The notes: a model not told the origin generated them from the letters alone. A stretch of 64,000 bases of DNA from Nitrospinaceae bacterium (GCA_965223665.1 OZ245011.1:2912001-2976000); one strand, 5' to 3'. Shown: positions 44,131-54,597, counted from the stretch's first letter. Made by a program: numbers and translations.

Positions 44131-45654
44131 TTACTTGGCTAACGGTTGAATGTTTTTAGGACTATAAATTATTCCAAAAAAGCAGATTAATAAATTGACC
44201 CCTAAACTCAGTACCCCGGAATGAAATCCCCAAACCTTGTTATAGTTTTTTTCCATTATCCCTAAATCACCGGAAAAACTAAGTAGTAGAGTAATTAAAG
44301 TTCCAACTATTAAGCCAAGGAATATAGTTTTTGAAGAAAGCCTGGGAAAATGAACCCCCAGGTAAAATGCGGGAACGCATTGTAATAAAATATCAAATTT
44401 AATTTTTAAAAGTTGAATCAGAGTTCCCTCATAATTAATGGCTATCAAAACAATGGGGGCCATTAAAATCCAGGTCACAAATTTGCCTATTTTTGTAAGA
44501 TGTTTTTGATCTGCGTCCGGACGAAAATATTCCCCGTAAATGTCTTTGGTGATCATAGAGCTTATACTTAACATTGCAGAATCTGCAGTGGACATGACGG
44601 CTGCTAATATGGCAGAAAATATAATAACCACTAACCAATAACCTAATTCGGAAGATTTCATTACCTTTAAACACATGAGGGCTAAAACTGTTTCTGAAGG
44701 GACTACAGCAGATTTTCCTAAAGCAAGTGTACTCCCTAAGTCTGGCTCTTCGGCTGCCATTAAAATACCTACGGCCACTGCCACCAGTGTTGTGGTAAGA
44801 GGTAAAAACCCCATTATTGCTAGTGATTTCTTTAATGCCATACTATTTTTGGACGCATAAATCCGTTGAATCGCTTGAGGATAAAGCGTTGCACCTAGAC
44901 CCACCATTAAAATAAAACTGAACCATGTTCTTAGCCCATCTCCCTCGGGAACTAGAATTTTATGTTTTGTATTGGGATCGGAAGCTAGTTTCTCAATGGC
45001 GCTGGGTAAATCTCCCAATTCTATAAAGGCCACTATAATAAGCAGAATAAATCCGATCATTAAAATTCCACCTTGCAAAACGTCTGTCCAAGCGACACTG
45101 CGCATTCCCCCCAGGGATTCATATATAAGCATAATTAAAGCTAGACCAACCACCCCAACCCATAAAGGAATTCGCCCATGTGACAAACCGGAAAATACTG
45201 TGCCCAAGGCCTTCATTTGACTCAATGTAAAATTACAAAGAACATAAATCATGATCACTGTAATCACTAATCGAAGACCTTTGCTTTGAAAACGATAGTA
45301 AATAAAATCACCGGGAGTGATGAATTTTTGTTCCCGACTTAAACGAAACAATCTCGGTGCCAGAATCAAATATCCCACCACAATGGCAGTCATGAATTGT
45401 GTACAAACTAAAAATCCTAAACCATTCCGATAAGCGGCTCCACTAAACCCAAACAAAGTATTTCCACTGTACTGAGTGGCATAAAGCGTTAGTAAAAGAA
45501 CACCGACTCCAAACTCGCGACCCCCAAGAAAAAAATCAGTTAAACTGGTTTCCTTTCTTTTATAGTATGCGTAACCACCTACGCCTAATAGGGAAAAGAT
45601 ATATATACACATCACGAATAAAGCACCCGGACCAAAGGGGAGATCAGTTGGCAT
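44131..45654 (-). CDS. Sodium:solute symporter (PanF/PutP-like)
   Basis: FFLGGR, GGMRSVAWTD, AAVMSTADS, about 13 TM; start placed at MPTDLP. Confidence 0.88.
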   Translation of the reverse strand: MPTDLPFGPGALFVMCIYIFSLLGVGGYAYYKRKETSLTDFFLGGREFGVGVLLLTLYATQYSGNTLFGFSGAAYRNGLGFLVCTQFMTAIVVGYLILAPRLFRLSREQKFITPGDFIYYRFQSKGLRLVITVIMIYVLCNFTLSQMKALGTVFSGLSHGRIPLWVGVVGLALIMLIYESLGGMRSVAWTDVLQGGILMIGFILLIIVAFIELGDLPSAIEKLASDPNTKHKILVPEGDGLRTWFSFILMVGLGATLYPQAIQRIYASKNSMALKKSLAIMGFLPLTTTLVAVAVGILMAAEEPDLGSTLALGKSAVVPSETVLALMCLKVMKSSELGYWLVVIIFSAILAAVMSTADSAMLSISSMITKDIYGEYFRPDADQKHLTKIGKFVTWILMAPIVLIAINYEGTLIQLLKIKFDILLQCVPAFYLGVHFPRLSSKTIFLGLIVGTLITLLLSFSGDLGIMEKNYNKVWGFHSGVLSLGVNLLICFFGIIYSPKNIQPLAK

Positions 45655-45931
45655 CGTTGACATCCGAGGAAATGGTGGAGTCCTCCGGATCTTTCCAAAC
45701 TCGGAGAAACACATAGGCAATAAATATACTGACAATAAAACTGATACAGACTGCAAAAACAGCCCAGGTGGGAATTCCAATGATCAATCCGGAAAATGGC
45801 CAAACAGGTAACATAAAGAAAAAAAGAAAAATAAGCCCTAACCCCACCCACACCTTGCGGATAGGATCTACAAAGTTAGGAGAATCAGAATCTATATTTT
45901 GATTGGATTCATTAGAAGGAGAGTTTTTCAT
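45644..45931 (-). CDS. Small 2-TM partner of SSS transporter (DUF997/DUF3311-like)
   Basis: LPVWP..IIGIPTWAVF; overlaps the symporter start, as is typical for this pair. Confidence 0.7.
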   Translation of the reverse strand: MKNSPSNESNQNIDSDSPNFVDPIRKVWVGLGLIFLFFFMLPVWPFSGLIIGIPTWAVFAVCISFIVSIFIAYVFLRVWKDPEDSTISSDVNDAN

Positions 45932-46321
45932 AATAGAAAAAAATATAACTACTTTACGTATGCAAAAAGTTGAAATAGAGTTTACCAATTTGCATCCTGT
46001 AGGTCAGCTTTTAAAATTTACTTTGGGTATTAAATATATTTGTGAGAAATGATGAAAAGTTTTTTTTGCAAGTTTTTGATGGGACGAAGTACTGGTGCAA
46101 AAATTGAGTTGCGAATTTGGTCAATAAATGTGATCAAATTGTTGACAAGTTTGGAATTCCTGGTTTTTTTGATGTGGAAAAAAATTTCCAGAATTCAAAC
46201 TTTATAATTGGTTTGATGAACCGGAAACCTTGGATTTGATGGTACGTATTTTCAAGAATTCCTTTAGAACACCAATCTGGTATGTGTTACTAGTGAAGAA
46301 TGGTTCCGATAAATTGATGAA

Positions 46322-47746
46322 TTAAGGATAAACTCCTAATTCTTGATAGCTGGTGGCTACTTTATCAATGGCCAGAGCCATAGCTGCAATTCGGTACGAA
46401 TCGATTTTATCATTAGCCCAATAAAGCTCGCGCATATGTTGAAACGCCTCGCGCATGGAATCATCCAACCCCGACCGCACCAAATCAATTTCACTGGAAC
46501 CTTTCAATAATTTATTCGAGAGATCGTTACTAATATTGTTTCCATTTTTTTCTAAAGCATCAATCAACAATTGATTTTGCCCTTCTTCATAACGACGTGT
46601 CATTCGACCGAAACGAATGTGGGATAAATTTTTAATCCACTCAAAATATGAAACAATAACACCCCCGGCATTTAAATAAATATCGGGAATCATCACAATA
46701 CCTTTTTGTTTAAGAATCGCTTCTGCATCAAAGGTTACCGGACCGTTAGCAGCTTCAGCAATTAATTTTGCTTTCACTCGGGCTGCATTTTCTTGATGGA
46801 TCACTCCTTCCATTGCGGCAGGGATAAATATATCGCACTCTTCTTCTAATAATTTTTTGCCATCTTCAATGTATTGAGCGTCTGGGTATCCTTTTATCCC
46901 GCCATGCTCAGCTTTATATTCCATGATCTTTGGAATATTCAATCCATTAGGATTGTATAAAGCTCCATCGAATTCAATGATGCCGACGATTTTTGCCTTA
47001 TCCTCTTCGAACAAAATTTTGGCAGCATGCGATCCTACATTACCCAGTCCTTGTACGATCACTGATTTCCCTTCCAAGGTTCCGGTTAGATTGGATTTTT
47101 TAACGTCTTCAGGGTGCCGAAAAAATTCCCGAAGTCCAAAAACGACTCCTCTTCCTGTTGCCTCGGTACGTCCTCGAATTCCACCCTGGCTCACAGGTTT
47201 TCCTGTAACACAACCCAGGTGGTCAATATCTTGAGGACGATGGGCTGTATAGGTGCTTGCAATCCATGCCATTTCCCTTGCACCTGTTCCCATATCAGGA
47301 GCCGGAACATTGGTAGCAGGATTTATATAATCTTTTTTAATCAACTCGAAGGCAAAGCGTCGTGTAATCCTTTCCATGGTTTCTTCATCATATTGTTTTG
47401 GATCAATAACTAAACCACCTTTGGAACCTCCAAAAGGAACATTCACTAAGGCACATTTATAAGTCATTAAAGACGCTAAAGCTTCTACTTCGTCTTGATT
47501 CACCATGGGTGAAAAACGAATTCCCCCTTTGACCGGTAATCTGTGGTCGCTATGTGCGGCTCGCCAACCAATAAAACTTTCTACCTTTCCTTTTATTTTG
47601 ACTGGAAATCGAACCTGGTACACATTATTCACTCCCTTAATGTAATATGCTAAGCCTTGAGGAATGTCTAAGGATGCTGCAGCTATATCAAAAGTTAAAT
47701 TGACGTTGTCACGAAACGTTTTTTCATGAGGAATGGTAGTTTGCAT
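46322..47746 (-). CDS. gdhA: Glutamate dehydrogenase (Glu/Leu/Phe/Val family)
   Basis: KGGIRF, PFGGSKGG, VPAPDMGT, QGLGNVG, EAANGP, SYFEW. Confidence 0.93.
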   Translation of the reverse strand: MQTTIPHEKTFRDNVNLTFDIAAASLDIPQGLAYYIKGVNNVYQVRFPVKIKGKVESFIGWRAAHSDHRLPVKGGIRFSPMVNQDEVEALASLMTYKCALVNVPFGGSKGGLVIDPKQYDEETMERITRRFAFELIKKDYINPATNVPAPDMGTGAREMAWIASTYTAHRPQDIDHLGCVTGKPVSQGGIRGRTEATGRGVVFGLREFFRHPEDVKKSNLTGTLEGKSVIVQGLGNVGSHAAKILFEEDKAKIVGIIEFDGALYNPNGLNIPKIMEYKAEHGGIKGYPDAQYIEDGKKLLEEECDIFIPAAMEGVIHQENAARVKAKLIAEAANGPVTFDAEAILKQKGIVMIPDIYLNAGGVIVSYFEWIKNLSHIRFGRMTRRYEEGQNQLLIDALEKNGNNISNDLSNKLLKGSSEIDLVRSGLDDSMREAFQHMRELYWANDKIDSYRIAAMALAIDKVATSYQELGVYP

Positions 47747-48029
47747 TTATAACTCCAAAAGGGTCAAATTTCACCCAGGTTAGAAATTTTGTCTATAATA
47801 TTGATTTTAAAGGAAGATATCCCAATTGGGAACATTTTGTTTAGGTTGATTTTTTATTTTTACAATTCATATAAGAAGTGGATTTGCACTAGACCACAAT
47901 GTGTGTGGAAGTGAGGATATAATTGGTCCGACCTTAGAGGGTATGTGATTTAGAATAATTTCTTTATAATTGGTTTAAATACATTAAAATTCCCTTACTT
48001 AAAAAATATTTTTAAAAAGAAGGAAATTA

Positions 48030-48449
48030 ATGAAACAAGCAACACATCAATTATCTTTTAAAACCACTGGACGGGGATTGGTTAATATCAATAACGAGAT
48101 AATTCAATGGGTAAACCAACAATCATTCAAAAATGGCTTGTTAACAATATTTATTCGTCATACTTCGGCTTCTTTAGTTATTCAAGAAAATGCAGACCCA
48201 GATGTTTTATTTGATTTAAGCTCCTTTTTGGACCGACTGGTCCCAGATGGAGACTCTTCATTTTTACATTCCGCAGAAGGACCGGATGACATGCCTGCAC
48301 ATATACGATCCGCTTTAACTCAAACACAACTATCTATTCCTCTTATAGATGGTCGGCTGGCATTGGGTACCTGGCAAGACGTTTATTTGTTTGAACACCG
48401 TACTCACCCGCATCATAGAACTATTGCCCTTCATTTGCTTGGAGAGTGA
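48030..48449 (+). CDS. yjbQ: YjbQ/UPF0047 family protein
   Basis: HTSASLVIQENADPDV, EGPDDMPAH, LGTWQ. Confidence 0.92.
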   Translation: MKQATHQLSFKTTGRGLVNINNEIIQWVNQQSFKNGLLTIFIRHTSASLVIQENADPDVLFDLSSFLDRLVPDGDSSFLHSAEGPDDMPAHIRSALTQTQLSIPLIDGRLALGTWQDVYLFEHRTHPHHRTIALHLLGE

Positions 48450-48577
48450 ATTTAAATAATTCTCCTTTCTCATCTTTTCTTAAAATATAGAAGCTTGCTG
48501 GGTAGACTTTACAATTGGCAAGGAGCCTTTTAGACTAATTTGTAACGACTAATCCTAAAAATTTAAGTATTGAATCA

Positions 48578-49501
48578 ATGACCGAAGTCGCAGAAGAAGA
48601 AACTCAAGAAGTTTCCGAAGAAGTTCAGGAAGTTTCCAATGAAGTAAAAGAAGAAACCGAACCAGTTTCGAAAAAACCTTCAAAAAAATTGCTCATTATT
48701 GGAATTGTGGTTTTAGTTTTAATTTTGGGTACCTCTGTTTTCTTTTTATTTTCTTCTTCGGAAGATTCTACAGATTCTAACGAGGCCAATTCAGTTCAAG
48801 AAGACGAATATGTGACTCAAACAAAAGAATTCATTGCAGCGAAAGATTTAGAAAATGCTTTAAACGTTATCAAAACTCAACGCAAAGCTTCTCCCAAGAA
48901 CGTTGATTATGTTTATTGGGAGGGTTATGTAAATTATTTGTTTGATAGAAGGAAAGAAGCGTTTAGGCTGGCTCAAAATGCTGTGGAATTGGATGAAAAG
49001 AGGGGAGACGCACAGGCCCTGCTTGGCGCAAGTTTTCTTCTCTATGCAGATTATGAAAATGCATTGAAACATTCTCGCAAGGCGCTCCAACTTGATCCCA
49101 ACATTGCAATGGGCTATTTGACCATGGGCGATATTTATTTAAAGCGCGGGTATTCTAAAAAAGGGTTAACCATCTTAAAAGCTGCAGGGCGGTTAGATCC
49201 TAAAAATCCTAAAATTTGGGTTTTGCTCGGTTCGGCTTTTTTAAAATTGGGTAACCTGGAAAACGCGTTGGAAGCGGCAAAAACTGCCGTGAAATTAGAT
49301 CCTAAGTCTGCAGGAGCTCATTTTAATTTGGGAATGGTTTATTTAAAAAAAGAAGACGCTTCGCGCGCCCTGTACCATGTTCAAACTGCTGAAATCCTTT
49401 TTACAGAAGCTGAAAATACCGCTTGGGTTGCCAAAGCTCGCCATAATAAAGATTTTATTTTAAAAAAATATAAATTGCGGGCTGAAGATATTTTTCAGTA
49501 A
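48578..49501 (+). CDS. Membrane-anchored TPR protein
   Basis: Acidic N-terminus, one TM, about 5 TPRs. Confidence 0.8.
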   Translation: MTEVAEEETQEVSEEVQEVSNEVKEETEPVSKKPSKKLLIIGIVVLVLILGTSVFFLFSSSEDSTDSNEANSVQEDEYVTQTKEFIAAKDLENALNVIKTQRKASPKNVDYVYWEGYVNYLFDRRKEAFRLAQNAVELDEKRGDAQALLGASFLLYADYENALKHSRKALQLDPNIAMGYLTMGDIYLKRGYSKKGLTILKAAGRLDPKNPKIWVLLGSAFLKLGNLENALEAAKTAVKLDPKSAGAHFNLGMVYLKKEDASRALYHVQTAEILFTEAENTAWVAKARHNKDFILKKYKLRAEDIFQ

Positions 49502-49561
49502 CCTCTTTCCAGGTAACTGGGTTAAAATTCTATTTTTACGAATACTAATGGAATCCACCCA

Positions 49562-49900
49562 GTGACTGAAAATAACCAACCGAATAAATTTCAGGTAAAA
49601 CCTCCACCCACCGACCCGGCTGAAATTCATTTTAAAAATGCCTGGCAACATCGTAAAAATAAACAATTTGCTGAAGCAGTAGAGGAATTTTTAAAATCGT
49701 TGCAATACCAACCGGATAAAGCCGCCACCCATTTTAATTTAGGAATTGTCTATGATGAACTGGGAAAGGGGGTTGAAGCGGTTCAACATGCTACAAAGGC
49801 CGAAGTTTTATTTTTTAAGGAAGGTAAAGAATCAAATATTAAAACGGCCACTAAATTCTTAAAAAAACTAAAAAGAAAATATTCAAATACTAGCGATTAA
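49562..49900 (+). CDS. Small TPR protein
   Basis: HFKNA..AVEEF..P..A.THFNLGIVY. Confidence 0.75.
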   Translation: MTENNQPNKFQVKPPPTDPAEIHFKNAWQHRKNKQFAEAVEEFLKSLQYQPDKAATHFNLGIVYDELGKGVEAVQHATKAEVLFFKEGKESNIKTATKFLKKLKRKYSNTSD

Positions 49901-51304
49901 CTATTTAGTTTTAGAGCGCCACTCTTTTAAAGAACGCGTGATTTGAGCCAGGACTTGTTTTTTAGCCGTACCCCCATAGACGTTTTTTCTTTGAACAGAA
50001 TTTTCCAAGGAAATGTAATTAAAAATATCTTTATCAAACTTATTGGAAATGGTTTGTAGTTCTTTTAACGTCAAATCTTCTAATGTACGTTTTTGGTTAA
50101 TGCAATAAGCGACAGTTTTTCCCGTAATTTCGTGGGCGTTGCGAAAGGGAATATTTTTTAGAACCAAATAGTCTGCCAAATCCGTTGCCGTTAAAAACCC
50201 GCTATTAATTAAATCTGCTTTGGGAATTTTTTTGAATACTGCGGTACTTAACATTCCAGCGAACACTTCCAAAGATATTTTAACTGTATCGACCATATCG
50301 AATAAGGGTTCCTTGTCTTCCTGCAAATCTTTGTTGTAGGCCAGAGGTTGTCCTTTCATCAAGGTCAAAAGTCCCATTAAATGTCCATAGACACGACCGG
50401 TTTTACCTCGGATCAGTTCGGCGGCATCGGGATTTTTCTTTTGCGGCATAATACTGGAACCTGTTGTGAAAGCATCCGACAATTCTAGAAATGCGAACTC
50501 GCTGGTACACCACAGGACAATTTCCTCACAAAATCGGCTTAAATGCATCATAAGTAAGGAAGCGGCAGAACCAAACTCTACAATAAAATCCCGGTCACTG
50601 ACGGAATCCAAACTGTTGTGCGTCACTTTAGGGAATTTTAGCAATTTTGCGGTGTGCTTTCGGTCGATGGGGAAATTAGTTCCCGCTAAAGCCGCAGCTC
50701 CTAAAGGCAAAACATTGACCCGGTTCAAAACATCATTCAAGCGGTCACGATCACGCGCCAGCATTTCAACATAAGCCATTAAATGATGAGCCAGCAAGAT
50801 GGGCTGCGCCCGTTGTAAATGGGTATAACCGGGAATGATGTGATTGATATTTTTTTTCGCCAGTTGTATTAGTATGTTTGCCAACTCTTTGAGTAATTTT
50901 TGAATTTCTTTGATTTGATCTCGAAGGTACAACCGGATATCCAGTGCAACCTGGTCGTTACGACTTCTTCCGGTATGCAATTTACCGCCAACGGGTCCAA
51001 CTAATTGGATCAATCGGTTTTCGATATTCATATGAATATCTTCTAAATCTTCTCGAATTTGAAAACTTCCTTCTTCGAATTCTTTTAAGATTTTCTTTAA
51101 ACCTTGGGAAATCTTTTTTGCTTCCGCCGGTTTTATAATTTTACATTTTGCCAATGTTTGACAATGGGCCAGGCTCCCCTGAATATCATAGGCATACAAC
51201 CGACGATCAAAGAATATAGAAGCAGAAAACCGGATCATTAAATCATCAGTACTTTCCTGGAACCGACCGCTCCAGGGTTTTTTAGTTTTTGTTTTTTTTG
51301 CCAT
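49901..51304 (-). CDS. argH: Argininosuccinate lyase
   Basis: [36 protein letters not shown]. Confidence 0.97.
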   Translation of the reverse strand: MAKKTKTKKPWSGRFQESTDDLMIRFSASIFFDRRLYAYDIQGSLAHCQTLAKCKIIKPAEAKKISQGLKKILKEFEEGSFQIREDLEDIHMNIENRLIQLVGPVGGKLHTGRSRNDQVALDIRLYLRDQIKEIQKLLKELANILIQLAKKNINHIIPGYTHLQRAQPILLAHHLMAYVEMLARDRDRLNDVLNRVNVLPLGAAALAGTNFPIDRKHTAKLLKFPKVTHNSLDSVSDRDFIVEFGSAASLLMMHLSRFCEEIVLWCTSEFAFLELSDAFTTGSSIMPQKKNPDAAELIRGKTGRVYGHLMGLLTLMKGQPLAYNKDLQEDKEPLFDMVDTVKISLEVFAGMLSTAVFKKIPKADLINSGFLTATDLADYLVLKNIPFRNAHEITGKTVAYCINQKRTLEDLTLKELQTISNKFDKDIFNYISLENSVQRKNVYGGTAKKQVLAQITRSLKEWRSKTK

Positions 51305-51405
51305 GAATCAAAAGAAGTTAAATAATTAATTAGAGTGGATTGTACTTCGGGTTGGATACAAACAACAACCAGAAATTATCAAAAGGTCTTTATTTAATGA
51401 TAATT

Positions 51406-52530
51406 TTAGGAGCTTTTCCGCCATTTGTCTTTAGGAACAATATTAACATGAACTTTTTCAGGAAGAACATGTGCTAAAAAATCAAGGTACCAGGCTTGAA
51501 TATTGGGGCAACCCGCACTGCCATTACGCCAATCAAAGTTTTTTTTCACAAATTCATTTGATTTGGAAACATTGACCCCATGGATTCCATAGCTTCCTCT
51601 TATAGGAGCCCCTAATTTTTTCAATCCTAACCACCAGTAACCTATTTCATGATCCGGATCGCCAAATGGGATGACACGTACTTTAACTCGACCCTCCACC
51701 CTTTCTTTTTTATACCAGGTAGGTTTATAAATTTTATTTTTTATTTCATATTCTCCAATAGGGGTTTCTTCCCCTTTGCGCCCAAATATAGTTTCAATTT
51801 CCATTAAATGTTCATTATTGTAGTAAATGTTAAGCATTCCCGTTTCCAGAATACCTACCAAATACCAAAGGTCGGGATTTTGGGAATACTCTCCAATTTT
51901 TCTTCCGTCGTAAATCAGCTGTATGGTAGATTCCGTATTATAATAACTGGTACGGGGGTCATTATAAATTTGTTTCACAATGTATTTTAAGTTTTTAGTT
52001 AATTCATTATTTTTTATAAGACGATCCACCATTTGCACTAATTCTTTATATTCCTTTTTCGTTTTCTTTAAACTTTTCTGAGTTTTTGCTAAGTGCTGTT
52101 GAATGGAATCGACTTTTTCCTGGGAAACCCAACCTAATTCCCTTAAACCCTCGTAATAAACCAGATCTATTTCAGTGCGCATTCCTTCCGTAATAAAAAA
52201 TTTGTAAGTAACAAAACCCCCAAAAATTAAAGTTCCGAGAACTAATGCAGAAGCCTTCAGGGTATTTTTCATTTTGTTAGAAATTTTATACCGGGCCACT
52301 TCAAGCTTTACTTTTTTTCCTTTTTCTTCCAGGGCCGAAAACTTGGCGTAACGAAATTTTTTGAAAAGTTTAGTTTCTAATCTGGAAAGAAAGGTATGGG
52401 ATTGTTCCAATTTGTTGATCACTGCATATAAATTCTCACGGGTTCGGCGGTCGTAACTTCCCTGAGGATCTTTGTTGGCAATTAGATTATATTCAGTGAC
52501 ACTGAGGACTTTAAGTTTTTTGGCATCCAT
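51406..52530 (-). CDS. Single-pass L,D-transpeptidase (YkuD) with novel N-terminal domain and coiled coil
   Basis: TPIGEY, KPTW, YGIHG...GSAGCP catalytic motif; TM at aa ~93-113; aa 1-64 shared with the upstream bactofilin. Confidence 0.85.
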   Translation of the reverse strand: MDAKKLKVLSVTEYNLIANKDPQGSYDRRTRENLYAVINKLEQSHTFLSRLETKLFKKFRYAKFSALEEKGKKVKLEVARYKISNKMKNTLKASALVLGTLIFGGFVTYKFFITEGMRTEIDLVYYEGLRELGWVSQEKVDSIQQHLAKTQKSLKKTKKEYKELVQMVDRLIKNNELTKNLKYIVKQIYNDPRTSYYNTESTIQLIYDGRKIGEYSQNPDLWYLVGILETGMLNIYYNNEHLMEIETIFGRKGEETPIGEYEIKNKIYKPTWYKKERVEGRVKVRVIPFGDPDHEIGYWWLGLKKLGAPIRGSYGIHGVNVSKSNEFVKKNFDWRNGSAGCPNIQAWYLDFLAHVLPEKVHVNIVPKDKWRKSS

Positions 52531-52708
52531 GTAAACTTACTAACACCTATTTTGCGTGGAGACCTTCGTTAAATAATTTAATGGGATAGCTTTTTTTAAA
52601 AAGACAAATCAACTTTAAAGAAATAAATTGAATTTATTTCTAAATTATTCCCTGAGAATAAGAGCTAAAATATTAGTGGAATATTTGTATAGTTTAGCGC
52701 AATTAAAT

Positions 52709-53272
52709 TTAGCCTACACTAAATAATTGGCTGACCAGGCTCTTCCTGGGTTTGGGAACTTCCGGGATAAATTTGGGACGAAATTTACATTGCCCCTGGA
52801 ACAAGGCTCCCGGTTCGATTTTTATGGAAGGGGCTTTTAAATCACCCATTAACATTCCCGTAGGATATACTTTTACTTTATGACTTGCCTCAACATCGCC
52901 AACAATTTTTCCTTTGCAATAAAGGGACTTTGCATAGACATTGCCTCTTAAATTTCCGGGTTCGGTCAAAATAAATATTCCATTTACGGTAATATCTCCT
53001 TCATGTCGACCTTCCAGGCAAACATTGCAATTGAATTTTAAGGATCCCTCGCTTTGATGCTCTATAGGCAGCAATAAACCAAAATCTGCATTTTGGAACT
53101 TTTTATAAAGGCGGTTTTCTTTCCAACAAGTACCTTTTTTATAAGTCTCTAATTTTCTGATAATTCTAAATAATTTTTCACGAACACTTCTTTCGAAAAA
53201 TCCTTGAGGATCTTTATCAATCAAAAATTCATATTCTGAATGGGTGAGAACATTTAATTTTATTTTTTTCAT
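52709..53272 (-). CDS. Bactofilin (DUF583) fused to novel N-terminal domain
   Basis: Beta-helix repeats GSLKF..EGDI..GNV.A..GKIVGDV..GDL.APSIKIEPGALFQGQC. Confidence 0.88.
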   Translation of the reverse strand: MKKIKLNVLTHSEYEFLIDKDPQGFFERSVREKLFRIIRKLETYKKGTCWKENRLYKKFQNADFGLLLPIEHQSEGSLKFNCNVCLEGRHEGDITVNGIFILTEPGNLRGNVYAKSLYCKGKIVGDVEASHKVKVYPTGMLMGDLKAPSIKIEPGALFQGQCKFRPKFIPEVPKPRKSLVSQLFSVG

Positions 53273-53280
53273 AGGGGCTC

Positions 53281-54597
53281 TCAGCTAAAGTTGGTGGCAA
53301 TTTGGGAAATTTTTCCCATTAGGGGAGGTTTTTTGGCTGCCGTCAAATATTCCATGATAGTTTTTTCACCACTTTCCAGCGTGGGGCAGGTCTTATAATC
53401 AGATAGGATGGCCCGAGCCACCATATCCATACAACCACTTAAACCGGGATCCATTTTGTAAAATAGAGTCCCATGGTTGTTGGTTATATTAATGACTTTA
53501 TGGTTAGGTAAAGAGCTTAAAATATGAATACGTTTTTTTAACTGCTGATACTTATCTAAAGTTTCTAAATAATCCTTCAACATGTTTAAGGCATTGGGAA
53601 TTTCTGATGGATTTTGTCCTCGGTTAAAAATTATTCCCAGTTTTTTATTCTTTAAGGATTGAACAATAGCATTATGACCCTTTTGGGCTGTCAATTGGGT
53701 GACATAATTTTTGTCCAACCCGGTTAGCTTCCCTGTCTGAAAGTCGGCCAAAAACTCTTCATAATAATCAATGAAAGAATGTAGTGCATCAATACTTCCA
53801 TTAATGGCAATATTGTTACTCAAATCAAAAACAAATATTACCTGATCGATTACATTCATTAATGAAGATAAATGGTTGATGCCTCCCGCAGGAGTGTCTA
53901 AAACCACATATCGGAATCTATCAAATACAGAATTCAAAAATTCTAGAAACAGTAGTAAATACTCCGGTTCATTGATCCGTTTGCGATGTCCTCGTTTTCC
54001 TAAAACAGGAACTTCCCCGCCAATGATAGAGAAATCGTATTCTTCAATAAAATTAATATATTCTTGAACCATAGGGCGGGAATTGTGTTCTGCCTGTTTA
54101 AGGATTTTTCGTAAAGCCGGCAGGTCAATATTTTTCAGAAGGGGTTTCAGTTTTTTGATTTCCGGAATACTGTGTATGTTTCCTCGACTCAGAAACAATT
54201 CATAAGCGGCTAAACCTTCCTTATATTCCATATGTTGGAACAATTCAGTTTTTAATGTTTTGAATAAAACAAAAGCCTTCTGTAATTTTTTATTGCGACC
54301 TTGAATTTCTCCCTCTAAATAGGCATTGAACCAGGTAACGATTTGATAAAGATTCCGCAAAAAATCGATTTGATAGGTTTTGTTTGCCAGAGTCTCAAAT
54401 AAATTATAAAAAGTTTTTCGTGGATGGCAGTCCAATAAACTTGTAATGGTGGGCAATCGCAAATCTAAATCCACTAAACAAATTTGTTTTTTAGGTGTTT
54501 TTTTTCCTAATAGTTGAGTGAGTGCGGCGGTGGTATTGATGGAAAGAGTGGTTTTTCCAATTCCTCCCTTGGGACCTACAATAGAAATAATTGGCAT
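53281..54597 (-). CDS. Enlarged MinD/ParA-family ATPase
   Basis: Deviant Walker A GPKGGIGKTT, LVDLD, VLDTPAG, IFNR; 438 aa with large insertions. Confidence 0.85.
   Translation of the reverse strand: MPIISIVGPKGGIGKTTLSINTTAALTQLLGKKTPKKQICLVDLDLRLPTITSLLDCHPRKTFYNLFETLANKTYQIDFLRNLYQIVTWFNAYLEGEIQGRNKKLQKAFVLFKTLKTELFQHMEYKEGLAAYELFLSRGNIHSIPEIKKLKPLLKNIDLPALRKILKQAEHNSRPMVQEYINFIEEYDFSIIGGEVPVLGKRGHRKRINEPEYLLLFLEFLNSVFDRFRYVVLDTPAGGINHLSSLMNVIDQVIFVFDLSNNIAINGSIDALHSFIDYYEEFLADFQTGKLTGLDKNYVTQLTAQKGHNAIVQSLKNKKLGIIFNRGQNPSEIPNALNMLKDYLETLDKYQQLKKRIHILSSLPNHKVINITNNHGTLFYKMDPGLSGCMDMVARAILSDYKTCPTLESGEKTIMEYLTAAKKPPLMGKISQIATNFS

Noticed and set aside
46040-46324. Possible degraded CDS on + strand between the SSS operon and gdhA
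   Set aside because: Short broken frames with no recognisable family; cannot be supported without blastx.
48578-48760. FliL-like N-terminus and short 21-bp repeats in the TPR gene
   Set aside because: Low-complexity acidic linker plus TM; the remainder is TPR, not FliL.
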